Shown: positions 12,873-25,999 of the stretch, one piece after another
How positions within the stretch are numbered: position 1 is the first letter of the stretch
Layout: each line of letters begins with the position of its first letter
Notes under the pieces: model-generated
Database searches by the model: none
What the model saw: only the letters and a program-made list of their open reading frames with translations
Told to the model about the DNA's origin: nothing
NCBI RefSeq assembly: GCF_036321535.1
Contig: NC_087436.1
Coordinates: 39,124,001-39,188,000 of the forward strand
Origin: Camelus dromedarius
Lineage: Eukaryota
DNA: 64,000 nt
Reading direction: 5' to 3'
Program-made: the position numbers and the translations under genes

Positions 12873-14449
12873 TGCATACATTGTGCTTGGAGCTCAATAT
12901 TAGAGCTCCAAGTTGGGATATATATTTCCCTTCAAATACCTAACATCTGACCTGAGTTCTGTCTTTTGAGGAAGTGACTTTGATTCATTACAAAGGCATA
13001 AATTTAAAGAGCATCACAGATGAGAGCTATAGGCTGGGATCATCCTGCATCAATAGGTAAAACAATTATGGGCATTTAGGTCATGAGATAGCACTGCTGA
13101 GTGTTCATAGCAATTAGACCCTATGGAGAATTGCATTGGAAGTAAAAACCTTGCTCTTACCCACAAGGTATCTAAAAGAACAGACTGAATACATCACAAG
13201 AACACATTTATTTGTGTGTACTTTCATTAGTTAGCGATAAAAACTAATCAATAAAAATTATTTATCTGACAGGGATCTACGGTTATTTGGTTAAAATATG
13301 AGACAATTTAATCACAGTGTCTAGGTTTATCACATCTCCCATCTGGATAATCTCACTCTTGTATGGGCAGGCATTTAGATAAGAAAACAAAAGGCAAAAT
13401 TAAATAAATAACCAAAAACCATAAACAAAGGACATCTTGTTCTACAATCCTTGGCATTTTTGACTTTAGATTTCCAACACGTTCATGTTAATTACACGCC
13501 AGTTCCTGCTAAGCTTATAGTCATGTGATCTAAGTTAGCACTGTTAGCTTTGCCTTTTACAAAACTCTGCTTTTTTTCTGGCTGATAAGCTTTTGGGTGC
13601 AGAACCTCTTGAAGAGTTTTAAAGAAAACTTTAGCAACCAGTTAACACTCAAAATCTCATGATCCCCCCAGTTCATGTGTTGAATCAACAAGTGCTTATA
13701 CCGATCCACCCAATCCAGTTGCCATTCCACTTCTCAACACTCTAAATTCCATTTAGGTGATAGACCTCCTCTTCCAAATTAGGGCTAATCCAATAACACA
13801 ATTTCATGCTCTGAATGCCAAGCTCATGTGATTCTTCTCATCTCAGGTTCCATCCAGAGGCCCGCCTAGGAAACCTCTCCTCCACAAGACATTCAAGTGG
13901 GCCACATACCTGGCTTACCCAACGGGCACAGCAGATGAGTAACAAGTGCGTTTATAGAATTTGTGGTGCTCCAGCTGTCACTGATGCAAGTGTTTTCTGC
14001 TAAAATTGGTATATTTTTGGCTATCTGCTTCATCCCCTGGGCAGTTCAAACATCACCAGCAGGGCCCAATGGTCTGAGGAGGCCACACTTAGTTTCTTCG
14101 TAGGTATGAAACAATTTGTCAGAAGGTTGCCTAATATGGTGGCAGTGACTGACTCAGAGGCCTCCTAGAAGAACTAAATGTTCAACAGGAATAAAAGTGA
14201 ACATTAATTAGCTCAGGGACAGTGCATGGGACTGGAGATCAGCCAGTCAGGCTTTAGCCCATGTCTCTCTCAACTTGCTGGGTAAGACTAGGTGAAGCAT
14301 GAAATCACTCCATGCTTCCATCACTGTTAGTTCAGGGATTAAACTTGCTAATTAGGATATATTTTCTGCCCACTGAATACAAGCAAACATTCATTTGAGA
14401 ATCCTTTATAATTTAGAAAATTCAGAATAGTATTTCAAATGCAAAAAAC

Positions 14450-14534
14450 ATATTTTATATATTACATATATATAAAATATAATATATATATGAAATATTA
14501 TATATATTTTTCATATATATATAAATATATATAA

Positions 14535-14612
<78 letters not shown>
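14450..14612. repeat. AT-rich tract ending in perfect (AT)36
   Basis: Pure AT repeat at 14541-14612, preceded by about 90 bp of degenerate TA repeats. Confidence 0.97.
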
Positions 14613-14614
<2 letters not shown>

Positions 14615-15629
14615 AAGAAGAAAAATATGGGGAGAAAAAGACCCTAGAAGCAGTTAAGTAGGTTCTCAACAGACATCCTGTGAAGATGTGGATTGTGTAG
14701 GAGAAAACCTATGTCATGGGAGTCAGCAGGCCAAGAGATTTGTATGCTTAAAGAATTGTTCTTGTAGAGTAAGTGGAGGAGGGAGGGAAGTTGCCAGCTT
14801 ACACACAAGTATGCAGCAAGTGGAAGGAGCCAAGAGCTGAGTGGTGAGTTGTTTGAAGACGTCAGAAATTCATGCAGACATGTTAACAAGCTGTACTTGA
14901 TGATTTGATCCACTGGACTATGTTTTTCCTCTGAATTTTAAACCAGGCTAAATCAAGGGGCCTCATAAAATGAGGTAAATTTGTCAAAAGTAAAAGCTTT
15001 CCAAATAAATTTCAATTCACTAAAATTATGTTTCTCTACAATGGCCAACCCTACACACTCTTCTGTGTGTACTGTTTCATTTCCACCTTGTAAAAGGACT
15101 TCTTCCTTTTAAAAAGAACACATACACCCACACCTACACCCTCCCCCACCCACCCCCTGAACCCCTACACCACACATTTGGCTTCCTGCCCTCCATCTCT
15201 TCTTCTTTAATTGATTCTGCAAATCAGGGTCAAATGGATTAATAAATATTTTTCTCATGTTGCTTTACTATTCAAGGACTGACATTGGCTTCCCATTAAT
15301 TCTCAGATCTATTCTGCTTGGTTTTAGTAGTTTTCTTTAGAAGATGAGCCTAGCTTTTCCTGACCACCTTCCTGGGGTCCAGAGTGAAGGATGTTTTCTC
15401 TATGGTCAGAGCCAGAGTAGAGCCTCTAGATAACAGAAGATGCCTTGCGTCTGAGTGGAGAGAAGCTGAAACCATGCAGAGGAGTCAGCATCCAAGAACT
15501 GAAGGGCAGTTAAGAAAGGGCTGTAAGTGGGCGGGTGTAGAGACAGGCTTGGAAGGTTGGGCAGGGGCTGCTGAGCCAGGCCAGGAGTTCCAAACCTAAT
15601 TGCTAATCGCAAGTCCAATCTAAACGTCT

Positions 15630-16030
15630 TCACTTATCACACAAGCAAGACCCTCCACAACCACCACAGTCTGACCCCCAGCCCCTGGCACCATCTCCTG
15701 CCACCCTTCTCCCTCACCCCACTCCCTCCTCCAGCCTAGCTGGGGTGTGGTCACTATGAAGTTCTCCCAATTCTTAGAACCTGCCAGACTCTTGCATGAC
15801 TCTACGCCTTTGCATATGCTGTTCATTCTGGAATGAACTCCCCTGAATTCTTCACTGAACTTCATTAAATGCCATCTTCTCCCTTTTTTATTCGATTTTT
15901 TCCTTTCTCAGCCAAGCCCTTCCCTGCTTCAGGACAATTGTACATGCTGTTTCCACCTAGAATGTTCTTCCCTTGTTTGTATGGCTTGTTCCTTCTCATC
16001 CTTTGGTTGTTGGCTGATATAAGGACCATA
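15630..16030 (+). mobile_element. L2 fragments
   Basis: 'gcctttgcatatgctgttcattctggaatgaactcccc' and 'tgtacatgctgtttccacctagaatgttcttcc'. Confidence 0.7.
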
Positions 16031-16589
16031 TCTGGCCAGCCCATTTCCCTGTACGTAGCACAGACGTTAGAGCTACAGGAGCCTCCCACGTGGCTCTGCC
16101 CAAGCACCCTGCACGCTTCTCTGCAAAGGTCAGTGGCAGAGGAGCGTCAATAGGGCAATGTGTATCTCTCTTTCTCTCCATTCTTGCTCCTCTCTCTTCT
16201 CTTTTTCATTCTCCCTCCCAAAGTCTAATCAGTTTAGCCTCAAGGGTCTCTAAACCTTAGCAGAAGGCTCAACTTTGATTAAAACCACCCCAAAAAAATC
16301 ACTCAACCGGTGTGGATGATGAGCAGCAGGTCTTGTGGTTCCCTTCCTTGATTAAAAAAAATGAATAAGGTGGTCACACAAAAAAGAGTCGATGAATTAG
16401 ACCATAACCAGGCTCTGGAAATGGAATTTGAGGCCCTGGAACCAGTGATCTTACCTGCACAAATTTATGTTTACATACAAGGTAGCTGATTTGGAAAGGC
16501 ATCTTGGCCTGGTCCTGGCTGAGCCCCAGGCTGTGTTAGCCTGGTGCTTGTGCCAGAAGACTCTGAATACACAATTCCCCACCTCAGCC

Positions 16590-17267
16590 GCCTGCTCATA
16601 TTCAGTGTGTCCATTTGTCTGGTGTTGACCTGTCTCTCCCTCTGGCAGATAAACTTTAGGAGGTCCAGGATCACGTCTGTTTTGTTCTCCATTGTGTCCC
16701 TAGCATCTGGTACAATATTTGGCAATAATCATGCTCTGCAAACATGTGCTGAATAAGTGATTGAACAAGGGACTTATTAATTCTTCAGGATCCAGCAAAA
16801 ATGTTAATTCCTAGGTGGAATCTCCCCTCAGGCACCCACAACATTGTACAGTCTACTATTATACAGCAAGGAATCAAATATTTTCTGAGGGTCTATCATA
16901 TGCACTGTGGCAGCTGTTATTTATATGTTTCTCATGTCATACTTTCAACAATCCCAAGGAACAGGTATAATTTTCCAGATTCACAGATGAAGAAGCAAGC
17001 TGAAAAAATCCAAGTCACGCAACCAATAATAGGTGGCAAAGCCTGTATTCAAAGATAGGTCCATTCCCCTCTTTTGCAAAAGCCCTTTTCATTAGGTCAT
17101 GCTGCCATAGGGTATTAAGCTTGACATCATAATTTATCTGTTTACAGATTTGTCTCACCACTGGAAGCAGAGCCCATGCACACACATCTTTATATTCATT
17201 GCACTGAGCATGGTGCCTACCATATCATATTTAACATCAGAATTAAAGAATATCTGAATGAATGAAT
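16590..17267. mobile_element. L2 3' end (plus, to 16767), MIR (minus, about 16865-17105), L2 3' end (plus, about 17120-17267)
   Basis: L2 termini ending 'tgctgaataagtga' and 'tctgaatgaatgaatg'; MIR core 'ttcacagatgaagaagcaagctga'. Confidence 0.7.
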
Positions 17268-19419
17268 GTGGGTGTGTCTACTGATGGAGAGAGGACTTTG
17301 CTGCCTCCAGGCTTCAAGGCTTGCTCTCAGAGACTGCTGGTAGTGACCGTGCACTCTTGGGAGAGCTTCTGCCCAGGTCCCTGCCTGAGCACAAGTTGAG
17401 CCTCCTCCACCAAGTCCCTGACTCGTAATCCAACCACATGTTTCTTCTGTCTCTGCCACAAGATTCCCGAATACTGAGTGTATCTGACTGACTTCTGTCT
17501 CATAGGGCATTTCTATCTTAATGATCAGTGTAACACCACAGAGGCATGGCTACATGACACACTCCTTTATTACTTGGGTCATAAACAATTTTTCTTTATT
17601 TGCAGCTGAAGTCACTGCTACCAGGGACTGTCAGTCAGTCAGCAAGGCAAGCCCATGACTCTGGCAGATTCTTTTGGGAAATCAGAAATAGCATGAGCTG
17701 TCTTCAGATGTTTTCAGGCTTGCTAGGGAGAGATGAATATACATGAAACAATGAGAGAATGGTACAAACAAGTTTAGAGTCATAGGCCAATTTGAGTCAC
17801 AGTTGGAGGCCCTGACTCTCTGTCTTAAGCTTGCCAAAGCCTTAGCTATTTCCAGTTGCACTCCAGAAATCTCTGCACATGCTGTTCACTCCCCCAGAAG
17901 CTGACAATCTCCTCCCCAGTTTGGGCACAGGGTCTCACAGGCATAATCGTGACCCAAGGCCTGATGATTTCAAGTGTCTTCAATCTTCTGGCAAAAGCAC
18001 CAAGCTTCAACAAGCTTAAGAGGTAGCTATTGTCCTGATTTTTTAAATAAGGGGGAAAAAATTCAGGTTAGGTAACTTGGCTAGTAAAAACCAGGAGGAA
18101 ACAGTATCTCATGATGCAGCCTAACATTCTTACAACTTTTTAAGAACTTTTTCTATCTTCTTTTCCCAGAGAAACTGCTGTGTTATAGAATACATTTGAA
18201 GTAAATATATTATATATAAAATAATTTGTCATAAAAATGAAATCATATTATATATTGAGACTTAGCCCAGACCAGGCTAAGATGCCATTCCAAATCAGCT
18301 AACTTGTGTGTAAATATAAAATGATGCAGGAAAGATCGCTGGTTCCAGGAATTCACATGCATTTCCAAAGCCTGGTCACGGCCTAATTCAATGACTTCTT
18401 TTGTGTGTGTGAATACCTTATTCATTTTCTTAATCAAGGAAGGGAACTGCAAGGCCTGCTGCTCATCATTCACGCCAGTTTAGTGATCTTTTAATAACAT
18501 TTACTCAGTTGGAGAAGTTCTAATCAGAGTTAAGCCTTCAGTTTGGAGACCTGTAAGACTGAAGTAACTAGACCTAGGAGGAAGAAAAAAAAAGAGAAGG
18601 GAAAGGAGAATAAGAGAGGGAGGTGCACATTGCCTGGTGAAGCTCCTCAGCCACTGACCTTTGCAGAGAAGCCTGCAGGGTGCTTGGGCAGAGCCACATG
18701 GGCAGCTCCTTAGCTCTAATATATGTGCTCACAGGGAAAAGGGCTGGGAGGTCTGGATCTGGAACTCTTCATGATAATGTAAACTGAATTTCTTTCTACT
18801 CCCAAAATGAAAGCTATGGTCATTTATTAATTTACAAACGAAGTCCAGATCCTTACAGATCTTCTTCAGAATAATTCACAGATAGAGAAATGATCCTTGG
18901 AGCTTTTCTAAGAGTCATGCTGGATGTACTTTTCAAAACGTCAGTAAGAAATAAAGTAGAATCCAAACGTCCCACCTTGTAGAGTCTGAGCAAGTCCTAT
19001 TTTTAGAAAGAGGTATCACCCAACCTGCTGTGTAAGGTTATGCTAGGAACCCCTGCCTTGGGGGAAATTCCCTGCTCTTCCCTGGAACAGGACTGTTTCA
19101 TCTCACATTTATACGCCTCTCCATTAACACCTTCCTCCCATCCCCAAGGAAAATAAGCATCCTTCTTGGTCTAAAGGTGCTCTTAAAAGCATGATAGTGT
19201 ACCATATGAAAAGCTAAAAACAAAACCAGAACAGAATAAAACAGTGAGACCCTCAGGCGCACACACACATAAATTAATATTAGAGAAATTGACAGATAAA
19301 TATAGTTTATACAACACTTTTTCTAGCTGTTCAGATAAACAGGATGAAATAGCTTTTTGCTCACAAAATTGAGTCTGTGTGTGAAAACTGAGGCCATGTG
19401 TGTACAGGAGCAAAAGCAT

Positions 19420-19690
19420 TCTGTTTTACTTGCGTTTGAACTCAAATTCCCCCATTTAGTAGCTTGTATGAACTTGGGGAAAATAATGATAATTTTAGCT
19501 AATCTGTATTGAGAAATTGTTACATGTCAGGCACTGAGATAATTACTTCATATGTTACGTAACTTTTATGAGTCATTTTTCTTTTCTGTAGAGTCATGAT
19601 GATAATATATCTCTTACATGTTTTTGTGAATATAGAAAAAGTATGTAAAACACCTAGAGATGGGATAAGTGACTATGCAATGGCTATTTA
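19420..19690. mobile_element. MIR fragments
   Basis: 'ttgcgtttgaactc...ccatttagtagcttgtatgaacttggg' and 'ttttctgtagagtcatgatgataata'. Confidence 0.55.
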
Positions 19691-21917
19691 AAAAATAAAA
19701 ATGGAACACAGTTAAAGCACTGCTAGGACATGTAAACAGCTATCTTATTCTTTGTCTACTCTTAGATGTATCAGTATTAAGTGAAGAAAAGAGTCTAGAA
19801 GCAGTCATTCTGGTACATACTAGGTACTTTAATAACCGAAGAAAGTAAAATTAGAAATAATTGCAACATTATCTTTGAGTCAAAGTGAAATTGTAAAGAA
19901 TGAAAAGCGTATTATTTGATTTTTCCCTTGGTGTTATTTGGGTGGGTCAATCTATGTTCCAAAAGAAAATAGATTTTATTATAACCCTAGAAGAAAATTA
20001 TCCGACCTTAGTTCTTCATCTGTTTTACCTTTATTAACTTGTTCTGTGAACCTGATCCAGTGAATTAACTTTTACCTTTGTCCATTTGGAGATCTATAAT
20101 TAACTCATTAGAGATTTTATTTATTTGTAATTTCACCTAGAACAATGAGATAGCTAAAGAAAACTCTGTCTTGGCATAACTCAGTAGAACGGTAGTGCTT
20201 TTATTGAGTGAGACATAGAACACATTTGCAATATACATGAATGGGCATCAGCAATCCACTGGAATTTCCTGGCCCTTTCAGAGATATTGATAGGGGAAGT
20301 TGTTGGAAGCGTTAGGGGGCAATGTCAACTGCATGCTGAGAACATTCTGTTTCCTGGTTCCTCTGATCCAGCCAGGGCAGTCATTTATTTAATGGTAGAT
20401 GAGATGGAAAAAGGAAGAGCATGTACAACAGTCAGCCTGAAATAGAGTGTGGAACAATGTGGAGGTAAAGTTACTGGCCACAGTCCCTCTCAGTAAAGGA
20501 CTATGCTCCCTGCCAAAATCTAAGAAAAGTAAAAGGGCAACATTTTTTCAGATCTTAACTTTGGTAATTTTATTAAGATACAGATTCCCTACAGGTAACC
20601 TCTGACGGTTGAATTCTGACTTTCAGCACCCCAGGTGACCTTGCAGAATGTGTGATAACTTATAGGACACTTTTGGCACAGAAATTCCCACTTGAGTTGA
20701 CATTTTTAAGCACATTGAACTTACTTCACTATCTTTGGTTCCTAAAAAAGTAAGCTGGTAGAAAAGAGCAAACTATTTTGTACATTCACGGTTATGGTCT
20801 CCACTGTGACTGTTAGAAAACAAATGAAAATACAAGTGTCAGTGAATGTGGCCTGTAGTACAAACACATTCTGCCTGCCCGTTGGTTTGGGAAAGGGGCA
20901 TGGGGTTGGGGGCAATGGATCGGTTCAAATAATAACCTTAACATATAAAAGGATATCTAATTGTGACAATGTATGCCATTTTTTGAGTCTGATATGGATT
21001 GGTAGACGAGAGTGAAAAATGTTTCTTTCATGGTATCGCATACTTGTTTGCAGAATTTCTAATTTTAACTCAATGGAAGTCCAAGGAAAATCTAGCATTA
21101 TCAGAGGAACAACATCAACCTAAGATTGCTGAACAGTTGTGTCACATTGGAGGAGTTGGCCTAACCTCTGTTCCTCTTAACTTCATTATGGGCTGCAGAA
21201 TTATGTAGTAAATGGTGGTGTTCATGAGAAATAGAGCTCAGCAACCTGGCATAACCATGAAGGCAGCCAACAGTGGACAGCATGGTACAGAATTAGACCC
21301 TAGATCAGGGATAATGTAAGGTCACTGACCCAAGTTCTGCACAGGGCCCAGCCCAGCCAGCAGATGTTAAACAAGACTCTTCTGGACACCTAATCCACAT
21401 TCAGTAAATACTTGTTGATTAATTGATTGACTTACTGATTGACAAAATGGTCACTGAGGATGCCAAGTTGGATGACTGGGCTTTTGACATTAACTCTATT
21501 AATATGTCAGAGGCTTAGGCAAGTCTCAACATTTCCTGCCTCAGGATCCTCATGTCTACAACACAGAGATAATCACTTGCTCACAGCAGTTACAGGAAAG
21601 AAGAGAAGACTGAAAAAAGACAAGATTATTGTTGAAATCTGAGCCCCCCCTCTCCAATTAAAAGGTGCCAGTGCCAACTTCTGCAGGGAATCAGAGCTTG
21701 ACAGCTCTGCTGTCAGTCTCCTGAAAGGAGAGACAGAGGGCGAGTCCCGTTCCAGGAGCACGAGGCACATGGAGCAGGCTGGGCAGTAGGATTGACAGAC
21801 TGGCAGAAGCAGAGGAATGTTGAACAGACAAGCAGGACCAGGTTTGAAAATCTCAGGGGAAAAAACCTCAGGGATTCTCTTCTCTAAAACCACCCCCGAA
21901 ACCCTGCTCTATCCTAT

Positions 21918-22103
21918 TAGAGGCTCTCAAACTTAAATGTCGTGAGGATCACGTGGGATGCTTGCTTTAATTAGATTGCCAAATCCTACCCCCAGAGATT
22001 CTGAACTAGCAGGTCTCAATTGGAGCCCAGGAATCTGCTTGTTAGCAAGCACTCCATGTATTCCAGTAGCAGGTTGTCTAGGACCATAACTGGACAAGCA
22101 CTG
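21918..22103. mobile_element. MER5A
   Basis: 'ctctcaaactt...cccccagagattctga...ggagcccaggaatctgc...ggaccataactggacaagcactg'. Confidence 0.8.
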
Positions 22104-22239
22104 ACTACCGGGGCCCCATCAAGCTTTATAGTTCTTAATGGCAATGACAAGCACCAGGGATGACACGAAGATGCCATTGGACCTCACAGCCAAAGAATTC
22201 TAATTTTGGGCTCCTTGGTGTCTTAAGGACCAGTGACAT

Positions 22240-23900
22240 TCAGAAAACATTTTCTGAGAACCCATCATGTGAAAAGTGTTGAACAGCATAAGAACAGTCA
22301 CACGCACAGACAGCTTCAAAACCAGGCTGACTTTGATAGAATCATCAAGTGCTGAGGTCAGGAAACCTGCAGAAGAGAAGGAGTCATTCTAAATGCTGGA
22401 ATCTGAGAAAGCACTTTGGAAATAGTGTCTTCTGAGGTGAAGCTGGAAGGAAGGAAGATAGGACCACATCTGGTAGGAAGAAAAGCACCTCAGGCACAGG
22501 GAATGGTTTAAACAAAGCCATGGACACCTCAGAATCCAGAGTGCCGGGCCTGTGGAGTGTGCAATAGTGGAGACAGATAGCAGAGCAGAAGAGAACACTG
22601 GAAGGGTGGGCTGTGACCACACCTCAGAGAGCTTTGAACAATAGGATGAAGTTTGACTTTGTCCTGAAGCAAAATATGTAGGATTTTGAATAGAAGAATA
22701 AGTGAAAAAGATGATTCCTTTGGTTTTTTTTAATTTAATAGGTAATGATGTTTAACTTAAACATATATTCTTAATAGCTAATATATTCATGGGACACAGA
22801 ATGTTAAAGAAACAAGATGGTACATAAATGTAAACTTTCCGTTCCTCCCACTGTTGTCTCCCAGCCATTTGTTTTGGAAGCAACTACTGTTACTTTTGTA
22901 TGGGGCAGGCTGGGAAAATAGCTAATGGCCAAATATTGGCTGGGCATGAATGGGGAAGAGAAAGATTAATGGCAGAGACATCAGTCTGGCAGTGATGATT
23001 TCAAAACTCCAGGTGATGAAATGAAGGCTTGAAGTAGAGCATAGTCACTGTGAGCATAAGGGAGATTCTGCAGAGGCACTGCGTCATCCTCTACTCCCAA
23101 CGTCCAGTCAGTTTACAGATAGCACAGTAAGAGTCGAAGGTGGCTGAAATTTTGTCTTGAGAGTTGAGGAATAGTAAGGAGGGAAGTAACTTTGTGGCAG
23201 GGAAATGGGGAGGCTGTGTAGGAAAGATGAGCTCCCTTTGGGGAATTTTTGTTTGAGAAGTGATAAATATTTCATTTGGAAGGTCAGCTACCTAGCGTGG
23301 AAGAGAAATATATACTCGGAAGTCAAGGGCAAAGAGGTAAAACTTGTGGGACTGGATGAGCTCGGTAGAGGGTTAAATGAGTTAAATGAGTTACAGGGGC
23401 GGAGTTCTGAAAAATTCCCACATTTAAGAGAGCGGTAGAAGAAGTGGAGCCAACAGAGACTGAGGAGAAATGGGTAGAGAGTGAGAAGTGTCACTGAATC
23501 CAGGGGAAGAAAGAATTTCAAAAGGAGAGGGGCGGGGGGATGTCTGGTCTGTGTCACACCTGTGGGCATAAGCGTGTGATGACGCCGGGGAAACGTGAAG
23601 TCGCTGAACCACCTGGTGATGCGTAAATTCCTGATGAGCTTCACAAGGTAGCTCCAGAAGAGTGGTTGGGGCAGGATAATGCAAGCGAGAGAGTGAAGGG
23701 AGGCAAAGGTGTGGAGGCCCCGTGGAGACCTTTCTTTCAAGAAATCTATGAATGGAGGGAGAGAGGATAGGACCTGGGAAAGGGAACAAGGCAGAGAAGA
23801 GACTTTCTGCAAGTGTAGTAGGAAAAGGTTGAAGAGAAAAGGGTAGAGTCAGGAAGATATTTGATGGAACAAGATCCCGTAAGAGATTGAAGGGGAAAAA
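22240..23900 (-). mobile_element. Long L2 remnant including reverse-transcriptase region
   Basis: Typical L2 DNA motifs. The overlapping minus ORFs give 'SYLVKLIRNLRIT' and 'FEILSSPGFSDT', resembling L2 RT segments (TALVKVTNDLHIA, LETLSSLGFRDT) in different frames. A probable old L1M fragment sits at about 22720-22900. Confidence 0.75.
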
Positions 23901-24864
23901 CTGAAATGAAGGAAAAACTGAAATGAAGGGAGGAAAACCAAGGAGTTCACACCTAAACACCTTGGCCCTGTCAGCAATGTACTTCATGCTTGAGAGAGAA
24001 TGAGTTTCTTTTTGGAAGTTTGTTCCCCACTGTCAAAATCGCAAAATAATTGTGCTGGAAGTAAGAGTCTGGCCTCTTTGAATAATCTGGGAAATGTATT
24101 CAAGAACTCTCATGTTCTTTCTGTATCCCGTAAAGAAAAGCAGAGGAAGGATGTAAAATGCCTTCCAGATGGGTTTCTGGGAGACAGTCATTGGTCTCTG
24201 TAATTTAGGCAGTTTACACAGTGATGTTCGGAAAGAGAATTTAAACATCTCCATCACACTAGGCTGATCCATTACAATTTGTTTATTAGCATCCTGTGAA
24301 AACTACCAAAATGTATGTATAAACAATTCATTGGGAGGGGTGGGAGATGAGTGGAATTAGTGCACCTCTGTGATTTACTATGTAGAAATGTAGATATTTG
24401 GAAATGTAGGCATTTCCTTATAGATCATTACTGGTGATTCTCTGAGGACAGAGTGCAATGCCTTCCTCCTCCTCCTCCCCTTCCTCCCATTCTCCCTTTA
24501 TCTTCACTTGCCCATCCTGGATTTACTCCCAAAATATAGAAGAAAGGCAGAGAGGCAGCACTTTTGCATAGGTTAAAAGAGTTTAGAATAGGGACATGTT
24601 AGCTGTGAAGAACTATGTGTCCCCAAGAAGAGCATAAGGACCTGCAAACGTATCCTGCTCTTGTTCCCAGGTTAATTGTGAGATATATTTTAGTTTAGCT
24701 TTTTTTGTTTTAATACTGTCTTGGACTTTTTGGGGGGGGGGGTAGTTAGTACTCCAGTTTTAAATCTCTCCTTGTATGATTTATATTGTGCCTGCCCCAA
24801 GTAATTATGTGATGTAAGAAAACAAAGTACATTTAAAGTTAGACATTTATTCCTTCAGCCTTAA

Positions 24865-24878
24865 ACTGGAGATGGCGC
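24865..24878 (+). promoter_or_regulatory. Candidate CTCF site
   Basis: ACTGGAGATGGCGC versus consensus CCASYAGRKGGCGC, CpG retained. Motif match only. Confidence 0.45.
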
Positions 24879-25999
24879 CCAGGGAGTGTTTTCTCATTGT
24901 TTACGGTTTATTTCCTGAATTCCCGTAGCAATAGTGTGTATGTGAAACCCCACACTGCCTGTTTACTCCTTAGGCTGCTCATTAGTTGGGCAAAGCACAC
25001 ACACTCCTAAGGCTGTATTGCCCTCAAGTGGTCTAGTTTGAGAATAACCAACTATTTTTTTCTGGATGGGGTCCAGGTTTCCAATCAGTCTCATTTGACT
25101 TAAGCATTTCTCCTGACCAGGAAAAAAAAAAAAAAAAAAAAAAAAGTCAATTATTATGTGCCGAATCTGTGGAGTATGAGGGAGAAGGAAAGTTTTATTT
25201 CCCAATATTCCCTCAAAAGGTATAGGAGTAAAAAGTACAATAGCAATAGCCACAAGCTCAATTTTGTTAATTGTAGAGTAACTGGCTTCATGCCTGTGGC
25301 TGCAGGGGCACAGTTGTGGGAAATGAGTTGACTGGCTCCCTTAGGCCTTTGGGGCCAATCCTCAGCTTCTCTAGGGCAACCCCCTCATCAGAACTCATGA
25401 CATGTTCCACAATTAAGGACATACAGTTATTTGGAAAGAATGCATTCAGGGAAAACATTCAACTCTTCCCCATGTGGCCAAGACTCTCAGAAAGGAGGCC
25501 AACAATTATGGTGATCACATTAATCACGAGGATGGTTTGTGGAGGAGGGTACTGATGTGGAGGGTCTGTAATGGTAGCTCTGTGGGGACTCTGCTCTAAT
25601 TGGCCACCATCAAGCCCTCTAATGCCTAGGATTAGTTTCCCAGGCTGTTGATGGAGAACAGAGTAGACCACCCTCAAAAGGAAGAGCAGACTCAGAATGT
25701 GCTGGGTTGTTCTGGGCTGGCTTGTGGGGCAGGTCGGTTACGGGGCTGTTGGCTACTCAGCTAGAGAGCCTATCCTGGAGCAGGTGGGCCAGCTAAAAAT
25801 GCATGAGGTGCTGTTTCTTGTGATTTGCCACATTGTTTCCAGCATTTTGGGTAATTTCGGTTAATTATAAACCTCCTTCAAGAATGAGAGCTTTTCGGCT
25901 AGGAAAACACTAGTTCTTGTCCACTGCTCTTGGGCTGGACACAGAGATGAACTGGGCTAGTCCAATGAGTAGAAATGAGCTCTTGATTTAGCAGTTACC

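Larger units (their letters stand above)
10905..12925 (-). mobile_element. L2 element interrupted by an LTR, MER33 and two MIRs
   Basis: Colinear L2 motifs: 'ggaaggctcctggaggaggtgatgtctga', 'catgtgcaaaggc', 'agtttggacttt', then 'ctggatgacagttccatcagccaag' and 'ttggagctca'. Confidence 0.7.
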
